A DNA stretch of 64,000 nt from Eledone cirrhosa (Eukaryota), in the NCBI GenBank assembly GCA_964016885.1, contig OZ024758.1, positions 9,362,001 to 9,426,000 of the forward strand, read 5' to 3'. Below the pieces are notes generated by a model. It was not told where the DNA came from, did not search any database, and saw only the letters and a list, made by a program, of their open reading frames with translations. Each line of letters opens with the position of its first letter. The first letter of the stretch is position 1. This document shows, in pieces, positions 40,230-50,969 of the stretch. Both the position numbers and the translations under genes were made by a program.

Positions 40230-42922
40230 TAATTATATATAATCTATACACATGCGTTTGTTAATTATGACACCGACTCCTCCAGTTCCATTTGACATTA
40301 TATATATATATATATATACCGCAAGGTGGCCGTGGAGGTGCCACGGCAAAAAAGCACCCAGCCCACACTGTAAAGTGGACGTGTAGGCGCCACGAAAAAG
40401 CACCCAGCACTCACTGTAAATGAGGTTGGTGTTAGGAAGGGCATCCAGCTGTAGAAATCAAGCCAGATCAGTTCCTGTATGAGCAAGGCATGGTCAGCCG
40501 ACCAGACACTGCCCACAACAGGACAACCCGTCTAACCCATGCTAGCGTGGAAGAACGGACGTAAAACGGTGATGATGATGATGATGAGATAAATCTACCA
40601 AGAGTTTACGGTAGTGTCCAATCCGTATGAAGAACTCAATGTAATCTGGATATCATGGAAAGAAGAGATGCATTCAAAAACCACTTTCGGTGAAAGATAA
40701 ACGAAATACAGAGTCAAGATAAAATATTAAAAAAATAATGAATAAAACAATGAAACAGTTCCTTATATTAAACAAAACACACACACATATACACATACAC
40801 ACACACATTGTATGTGTGTATATATATCAAGAGGCTCATGCTGCCAATCAAAAATACATACACCAAAGATGTACAGACAGATGGAGTAAGTATGGTCAAA
40901 GAGGAGGCACAGAGGGTAGTTTTGACAATTAATTAGTTGATTAATCAACTGATTGACTGATTAATCACCAATTATAAAACTGAATTGAAACTCAACCAAT
41001 GCACCTGTTTTGATTGGCAACATGACTCTCAACAGACAATAATACCTGTTTCAACAATCTTGTAAAATAAATACAGAATGAGGAATTTAGCACACAGGTA
41101 GGTACCAGTACTCATTTTTAGTGAAAGGTGGGTGAATGTGGCAAAAATGACCCGAGTGATTGGGCCTTCTCTGTATATAAACCTGTAGGCTGAAGAAGAG
41201 AGCAAAAGGAAGAAGGGAGCACTTGTACAACATGCTCCTGAAGTTGAGGGTTGTTCTATCGACGGGATATTAAACAACCCATTCGTGGCCCCCCCTCCCT
41301 ATTGGGGATTTTGATTGTTAAATTTGTTTGTTTCAATATTTTTACACGATTGTATGTAAAATCCCCGGCATGTGTTTTTGTTTTGTCCCCTTTTCTTGTG
41401 TGCCCTTGTGGCAAATAAAGAAATATATTTTTTCCTCCATGTTTTAAGAAAGGAGTTCAAAACTGATTGTTTGGGAAGATCTTCTATGCTGATGATCTAA
41501 ATCTCATAGTTGAACAAATCAAAGACTAAAAAGTACCAAATGTGGAAGCATGATCTGTAATTGCCAAAGTTATAATTTAGAATCTATAATTTAGCAAAGA
41601 TGTCAGTTGTAGTTAACAGCAAAGAAAACAGAAACTATATCCAACTGGATAGTAGCCATGTTCTGTATTTCAAGGTCATAATTCTAGCAAACAACCCTGG
41701 ATAAACCATTAAGCAAAATAAGCATGGCTGGCACATGCTTAGGCCCTCAAGTAAATTGGGTCCTCAAAATAATTAAAAGGTATATACAATATGTAGGTAC
41801 AATTTTTGCCAAACCTTCAGGTGTCGTTTTTTTTTTACTAATGACCTCCAAGTTTTATATAACTGAGGGCCTCACTAAGTTTTAATCAGGCACTACTCAT
41901 GAAATTAACGTGTAGGTGGCTGCAGGGCTAGATATAATTGGGGGGGGTATTCTAATTTTTTGTGTATAAGGGACCCTCCAAACCTGAAGTGCCCACCCCT
42001 CCCAGTCTAAATCCAACCCTGAGTGGCTGAGCATTCCAAAGTCACGTGTACCTGTAACATAATTCTCAGGGTGATTCAGCAAGACACAGTGTGTGACAAG
42101 GCTGGCCCTTTCAATTACAGATACAGTCCATCTTGTATAACAAAAAAATAGTTCTGTCTATTCAGTTTAACCCTTTAGTATTTAAACCAGAACTCTCTCA
42201 CCTCTTTCTGTTAAAATCGGCCGTAATTGCCCACTCATACTATTGTTGTGATATTGTTCTCAAAATAAATAATATCAAAATCTCCTTGATTTGATATTAT
42301 GTGAGATAAATATGTGAAAATATAATAGTAGATATAGAGTAATGTAAATACTAAAAGGTTAACTTAACAAGACTTGGATCAACTTGAAGTTATGGAAAAC
42401 GGCAATTTCCCAAGATGAATGCTGCACAGTAGGATCAAACTCAGGAACTAGCAGTTACAAAGAAAACTTCTTAACAATTTGGCCATGCTGAAGCATCCAC
42501 CTAAGGAGCCCCTAATACATATATATATAAATATATATATATATGTATATACATACAGACATGTTTATACAAAGCACACATATTAAACACAATGACGAAA
42601 CATATCACCAATCTGTGGTTATCAATAATTCTTTTCATTTTTACTTTCCTTCTTGTCCTAAAGAATTCATTTATCCTGTCAAACCAGGTAGGAGTATCAT
42701 GTGTGTGCTGTGATATTGATGCATGTTTTCGGTTTGCTGTGGCCTCACAATATCATATGATAGTCTTTCATTAGAATTTCTATTTTGATTTCTATTAAAT
42801 GATTTATTTAGAAATTTTATTTAGATGCTGTGTTTGTAGAACATTCTGTTTGAAGCTTATAGCAGATAACTCTCTACCTCTCCACTCAACTCTCTCCTTT
42901 TCTCTCTTTCTCTCTCTTACTT

Positions 42923-42958
<36 letters not shown>

Positions 42959-45900
42959 GTACTATCCATTCCCCTTTCTTGACCACACCCTGTAAAGATC
43001 TGCACTTCGCATGTTGTTTGTTTATGATTTCTTACAGCGCATGAAGGAACCCACCAACTAGCTGGAAGATGTACAATGATTTATAAAGAAGAATACACGT
43101 AGTAGGTGCTGTCAAGTGGTTGGTGATAGGAAGGGCCTCCAGTCATAGAAAACCTGCTAAACATAGGATTGGGAGGATCCTTCAGTTGTGTCAAAGATAT
43201 GACAACCTCTCTAGTGTTGGTGACCTTCAAGATAAACATACTGAGTACACTCTGTGTCGTGGTTCATGATAAGAAAGGCCTCCAACCATAGGAAACCTGC
43301 TAAACAAAGAGTCTGAAGGACTCTTCCTCTATATCAATGACATCACCACTTCCCTAGTGTTGGGGCCACAATAAAATGTATTTGTAGAGTGTTGGATTGT
43401 ATGTTGGGCCCCCAGCCTACCTGGAAGTCAGAGGCTCTGCTTGAATACTGATTGGTCAATGATGACACATCCAACTCTTGCTAGCAGGGAAAATGGATGC
43501 TAAACAATGACGATGATGATGATGATGATGATGGTGATAAATACACTGCAATGGATCTTTTATTACTTTCTCCAGGTCCTCTGCAGGACTTGAACTCAAT
43601 TCTATATGCAGATAAAAGGCTTACTAATTATCATTACTGTTGCTTAAATCAGTGAAATTTATCAGTTTTGGTGAACCAGGTTGGCACAAGTTAAGAGAAC
43701 TGGCCATAAATATTAGTGGCAGGGTAGATACCAATAATACTTCTGGCTGGTTGATAGCCTGTCTACATATTTATTGGCCACTCACATTTAGAGAAATATA
43801 AGTACCATGTCTTTGGGAGGATTCTTCAGTTTGGATGAACAACATATGGGGGTCTGCTGACCAAGATACTCTCATAGAATGACCAAATGAGGTTTATTTT
43901 TCAACATGTGTGTATATGTATGTGTAGGCACTATTCTAAATCTGCCTAATAATCTGAAGCGCTAGAAGTGATACAAATGTATATGCTACTCTTTTAAGGG
44001 CAAATTACATTAATCACACGGAATCATAGACACATTTCACAGAAATAATCTTCAAATACTCATCCTTTACCTTCACATCTATAAAAAGTACTTCTTGTGA
44101 AGTGTGCAGCAAAGCACATAGGTCCAAACTTGGATTGCAAGGACATATGCACAAGAATATGTATAAGTCCACTGGCACACACAACCAATTTGGTTGCAAT
44201 ATTGAGTTTATCATGTCTGCTTAAGACATTAAGCTTCTTTTAAAAGTCATTCCAGAGCTCACAACCTCAAGATAGTGAATGGAATTAGGCTGAATATTAA
44301 ATAATTGTTTCTACTTTTGGCACAAGGCCAGCAATTATCCCAGTGTATTACTGGTACTTTATTTTATCGACCCCGTAAGGATGAAAGGCAAAGTTAACCT
44401 CGGCGGGATTTGAACTCAGTCCGTAAAGGGACGTAACTGTGCTGCAAAGCATGGCGTCCGACCCTCTACCGATACTGCCAATTCACCGCCCTAAATATTA
44501 AATAATGAGACCACTATCATCTGATAAGATGAAGCAATATAAGTATACAGTAATCCTAGTGGAAAGAGGCTGCAGTTGAGGAAGACCTGGATGACTGTCA
44601 AAGCTCACAGAGAAGATGATAAAGGAACTCGGTGAGTGGAGAGAGGCTGTACTTAGCAGGACCTGTCCAACCCATGTAAGTAAGCGTGAAACAATGGATA
44701 TAAAATGATGATGATGAGAAGCAGACATAGAATTGCATTATGTTAGATTATTGGATATTTAAAGCACATATTGAGATGTTCACCTTATAATCTCTTCCAT
44801 GTTACTTAACACTTAACATCCTGTAAGGATTTAGCAGAAAATATCTAAAAGCAGGTTTGTTAATTCATATGTTTTATCTTTATTAATGAGCAGAATATTG
44901 TGAAAATGTGCAGCAAACTAAAAGTAAGACTTTAATTTTTAATGTGATGCAGTCATAATGCTGTTTTGTACTAGCTTTATATGGATTAGTATGTTAAGAA
45001 TTAATATAAAGTCTTTGTTCATTTCTGACTTGACTTCTTGTAATTTAAGCCAATGTATCTCATTCCAGAAATGATTTTATGTATTGTATGATATAAATAA
45101 ACTGTGAAATATTAGCAGCACCTCTTTTTTACTATTCTATGTATTGTATGATATAAATAAACTGTGAAATATTAGCAGCACCTCTTTTTTACTATTCTAT
45201 GTATTGTATGATACAAATAAACTGTGAAATATTAGCAGCACCTCTTTCTTACTATTTTCTAAAGCAGGAATCATTTTAAAAAGTTTGTATTGTTATTTAC
45301 TTACAGGTGACTCTGGTGTCGGAATAAGTCGAGAGCAATTAATTGGTAAAATAGCCAATGAGATTTTGGCCAAGATGCCTGTTGAGTTTGATATTGACAA
45401 GATCAAGAAGAAATTTGGTCTTAGCATAACTCCAACAACTGTGGTACTGTTGCAGGAACTTGAAAGGTTTAACATACTGATCAGACGTATAAAGAGATCT
45501 CTAACAATGTTGATCCGAGTAAGTAAAAGTTTCAATATTCAAAGAAAATAGTTTATTCTTTTAGAGGGCTAAAGCAGTGAAAATAGGACATTAACTGTTA
45601 AAATATTGTTAACAAAGTTGTTGGAATGTTACCTTGGAGGAAATAACTATTAGAGGTAATATTTCAAGATAAAATCCCTTTGTCAAAAGAAGAGTTAAAA
45701 GAACTACTGTATGTAGTTGAATATAAGACGAGGAATATGTGACCAAAAAATCAATGGTAAATTAGGGGGTTGGCTTATAGTCGAGCTCAATATTTTGACA
45801 ATTTTCACCAACTTCAAATTCTATGTAAATAAATTGCTAAAATATCTTGAGTGGTTATTTCACAATCAAACACTGTTTTCCTACATTTACTATATTGTCA

Positions 45901-48900
45901 TGAGTTTTATTTATGCATTGCTTTTAGAACATATTTGAACTTTTTAATACATAAATATCCCCTACACACATATGCTTCTTGCTGCCCTGATGTCTCTATA
46001 CGAATGACCAAGTATTTGTGTTCGGATAAATGGTGCTAAATCAAAACCATTCAATGTGAGAGTCGGACTCTGTCAAGGGTGCATACTGTCACCTCCCCTG
46101 TTCATTATTTTCATGAACAGGATTGACATGCGTTGCCAGTTTGGAAGTAGTATCATGACTGGCAGGTGTAAAATCAGTCGGCTGGAATTTGTAGACAACA
46201 TGGTGTTACTTAACTCGACAGAAGGTGGTCTCCGACTTACACTTGATAGGTTTGATGCCGAGTGTTGCATGGCTAGAATGAAAATCAGTGTTGTGAAAAC
46301 TGAGACACTCGTCCTCTCAAGGAAGCCTGTACAGTGCACTCTACATGTGAATGGAGTTCCACTGAAGCAGGCAGAGAAGTTCAAGTATCTCGAGACTGTT
46401 CATGAGTGATGGAAGGCAGGAAGCTGAATTAAGTGCAAGAATTGCAGGAGCTGGTGCAGTAATGTGCCAGCTTCAGCATACAGTAATCAGAAAAAGAAGA
46501 CAGGTAGGCGTAAAATTCAAACTCACTATCTTCAATTTGGTATTCATGCAAACCCTTACGTATGGTCATGAATCTTGGGTAATGAACAAAAGAATACGAT
46601 CGCGAATACAAGCGACCAAAATGGGGTTCCTCCTAAGGGTCTTTGGAGCAACGTTACTCGGTAGAGTGCATAGCTTGGAGATTAGAGAGTCACTCCAGGT
46701 AGAGCTGCTACTTCTCCAAATTGAGAGATCACAGCTCCGATACTATGGGTATGTGATTAGAATGTCTGAAGAAAGAATTGCTGGACAGATTTTACAGGCA
46801 AAAACCAACCGGCAGGTAGACCTTGAGTCAGAGGTAGATCCAGAAGTAGGCCTTGAGCAAGATAGTTGGATAACATCCATGAGCTTGGCTGGTCTCGCTT
46901 GGGGATCCAGCTGGATCTGTGGGAGATGGTTGCTTCTGATAGGACCCACTGGAAGGAGTGTTTGAGGACTCTGCTCTCGTGACGCTTTCCAGAATAAATG
47001 GGTGAAGGAGAAGACAAAAGTATGCACTCATGCACACGTGAACATAAACATGTGTGCTGATGATGGTGATGATGATGATGGAGAATTCTCCATCTCAGAA
47101 ATTCAAAGACAGTTAAGCTACTTCTATTATAGGAACAGATTAACTTTTTGTTTTGTAATGATTGTTCCATATCTGTTTTTTTAATTTTTCATTTTACATT
47201 TTAATAAAGGCATTGAATGGTGAAGTAGGAATGAGTAGTGAACTAGATGATGTTGCCCGGTGTCTGTTTAATGGAGCTATTCCAAATATTTGGCGGAGAC
47301 TGGCTCCACCTACCTTGAAAACTCTTGGTAATTGGATGAGTCACTTTGAAAAACGTTACAAACAATTCAATAGCTGGGTGAGCTGTTTTCTATCTTAATC
47401 CTTTCCATACTAATCTACCTGAAACCGGCCATGATTTTGTTATATAAAATTACCCATTTTAACCCTTTAATCTTCAAACCGGCCAAATCCGGCCAGAATT
47501 CTCTACCTTTTTCTGTTGAAACTGGCTGTAACTGGTTACTCAAACTGATGTTACGGTATTGTTCTCGAAATAAATACTTTCAAAATCTCATAGATTCGAT
47601 ATTATGTGAGATAATTATGCGAGGTAAAGCCTCTACCATGAAAATATAATAGTATATATAGAGTAATGTAAATGCTAAAGGGTTAAAGTGTTCATATTCA
47701 TATTAAAAGTTTCTATTATAATTTTTAAAAATATAGAGTACTGTAGTAAGTACGAAGCATTATGAGATATGTAATAAAAGACCAATAATTTTCAAAAAGC
47801 CGGTACAATGTAGTAGAAAAATCTGAAGGGCAAATAATGACAAATAAAACAAAACAAAGTGATGCTTTACCCAGTTTATGTTGAACTACAAAATAATGTT
47901 TTACCCATTGTAGTTGAACATAAACTGGGTAAAACATTACTTTGTTTTGTTTTATTTGTCAACCTTTGCCCTTCGTATTTTTCTACTACATTGTACCGAC
48001 TTTTTGAAACTTATCAGTCTTTTAAAAATAAATTTTTGATCCATGATGTTTCCCATAGAAGCTTACTAATGAAAATATTAGTTATTTTATCAAATTTCTC
48101 CAAACATCTTTGATTATTTTCAAAATTATTTAAAACTACAGGTAGAATATTTTATTAGAAATACTGTAACGGTTAAACAATTATTCCTAATATACTTTTG
48201 ATTAAAGTAATATAGTTAATATGAAGTATTGTGAAATATATAATAAATAACTGAGAAGTTTCAAATGCCAGTACAATGGAGTAGAAATATATAAAGGGAT
48301 GACAAATGAAACAATACAAAGTATATTTTAATATTTCAGAGTTATTACCTTCTTTTTAAAATGTAAAAACGAAAATTGTTCAAAACCGTTTCCTTTTTAC
48401 AAAACTGTTCACATTTTCACATTTGAAGGTAATAACCCTGGAATATTGAAATATACTGGGTAAAAACATTATGGCAGCAGTGGTGGTGCTGAACTGGCTT
48501 TTTGAAACTTATCGGTTACATATTTGTTTCCATTATTGAGCTGGTCCAGTTATGGCTTCTCACTTTCACTGCTTCATTCTAGGAATTCTGGAACTCAAAC
48601 AATTATCCTCTCTTTATATTCTTATTATCCAGGTAAATGATGGTGAACCAGATGCAATGTGGCTGTCTGGCCTGCATATTCCAGAATCTTACTTAACAGC
48701 CTTAGTGCAAGCAACTTGCCGAAAGAATGGCTGGCCATTAGACAAATCAACATTGTTTTCATCAGTAACACAGTTTCCTACTGTAGATGATCTGACAGAC
48801 AGAACACACACAGGTAATACCACTACTAATATTGTTGTTAGTTCAGAGTTAAGGGTTTTCCTGTATCTGAGAGATGGCAAGGAGTGAAGTTACAGGAGTT

Positions 48901-50938
48901 TGACAGCACTACTAATAGTTTTGTTGCATCAGGTCTTGTGTATGAGAGATGGTAAAGGAATGAAGTTATCAACATTGTTCTATTTGAGGGTTGAGACACT
49001 GTCACCTGTTCTGCACAACGGGACAACTCGTCTAACCCATGCTAGCATGGAAAGTGGCCATTAAATGATGATGATGATATAAACTTATGAATGAAGAGCA
49101 AATGCTTCTGACATGTGTAAGAGTTAAATCTAATGATATTTATTCATTTATCTGTTATTTATATAAACCCTTCAGAGTATTTAACTTATACAGCAAACCA
49201 TAGCTCAGTTGAAGTTATTATTTTTTTGTTGTTTGGCGGTGGATTGGCAGTATCGGTGGAGGGTCGGACTCTATGCTTTCCAGCATACTTACGTCCCTTT
49301 ACAATCTGAGTTCAAATCCCGCCGAGGTTGACTTTGCCTTTCATCCTTACGGGGTCGATAAAATAAAGTACCAGTAATACACTGGGTAATTGCTGGCCTT
49401 GTGCCTAAAGTAGAAGCAATTATTTTTTTGTTGTTTGTAAAATGATCCCCTTTCCATTCACTCAATTGACCTCCTCCATAAAATCAATGCATTCCAATAA
49501 TGTGGTGCCTGTGTAGCAATCAGTAAAAAAATGTGTAAAATTTTACAGTAGAATGACAGTGAAAGAAAGAGTAGACAGTGTTGATTTAGTTGTGTTGAAG
49601 GTAAACCTTATCTAATGTCAGAGAAGGTCATTTGTCAAGGAGAATACTCATTGTAAATCAAATTTGTTCTTAAAAGGAAAGAAGTGAGGTTGCTTGGTTG
49701 TAAATGATATTTCATTCTCTAAATAATGTACACACACACACACACACACACACACAGATATATACATACATACACACACACACACATACATTCACATACA
49801 TACAAATACAATCCAGTAAAAATATGTAAAACATTCTAAAAATTCTGCATGACATAACTGCATGTATACAAAACATATGCACATGCACACACGTAACTCA
49901 AAACATACACATCCACATATACAATAACATCCATACCTGCACACACACACACACGCACACACAGGCATGCAGACATGCATACATACCTACCTATGTTAGA
50001 AACCGACTCTCTCTCTATTGGCAAAAATTTATAAAATTATAAAACCAGAAGAACAAACATACATACACACACATCCATACATACATACATATGCACATAA
50101 ATACACACATACATACATACATACATACATATGCACATAAATACACACATACATACATATCATCATCATCATCATTTTATGTCCGCTTTTCCCTGCTTGC
50201 AAGGGTGGGACGGGAACTGATTCTGGCTTGATTTCTACAGCTGGATGCCCTTCCTAACACCAACCTCATTTACAGTGAGTGCTGGGTGCTTTTTTGCCGT
50301 GGCACCTCCATGTCCACTTTTCAGTGAGTGCTGGGTGCTTTTTTTGCCGTGACACCCTCACAACCACTTTGCAGTGGAATGATATGGACCCCAGTCCCTA
50401 TCATCTCATTTCTACAGCTGAGTAAACTGGAGCAATGTGAAATAAAGTGTCTTGCTCAAGGAAACAACACATCACCCGGTCTGAGAATTGAACTCACAAC
50501 CTTTCGATTGCAAGGCCAATGTTCTAACCACTAAGCCATGTACCTACACACATATCTAAACATTCTAATGTTTCATCCATTTATCAAAATTCCTGTCCAC
50601 AGGTTGTTATGTATATGGGCTTTACTTGGAAGGGGCTGCCTGGGACCTGGAAAAAGGATGTCTTATTCGCCAAAAGCCTAAACAGTTGGTGCAAGAATTA
50701 CCTCTTTTGAAGATTAATCCCATTGAAAGTCACAAATTGAAATTACAGGTAAGTTATCCACAGTGTTTCTTCCTTTCTTGAGCCTTTAACACCTGGACCA
50801 GGTAATATCATGACATACATCACCTGGTGGTTGTGGTGATGATGATTATAATGATGATGGTGGTGGTGGTAGTGGTGATGACGATGGTGGTGGTGATGAT
50901 GATGATGGTGGTGGTGGTGGTGACGATGATGGTGGTGG

Positions 50939-50969
<31 letters not shown>

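Noticed and set aside
46056-46965. Active or domesticated reverse transcriptase
   Set aside because: 5'-truncated, frameshifted, and the catalytic motif has decayed to FVDN.
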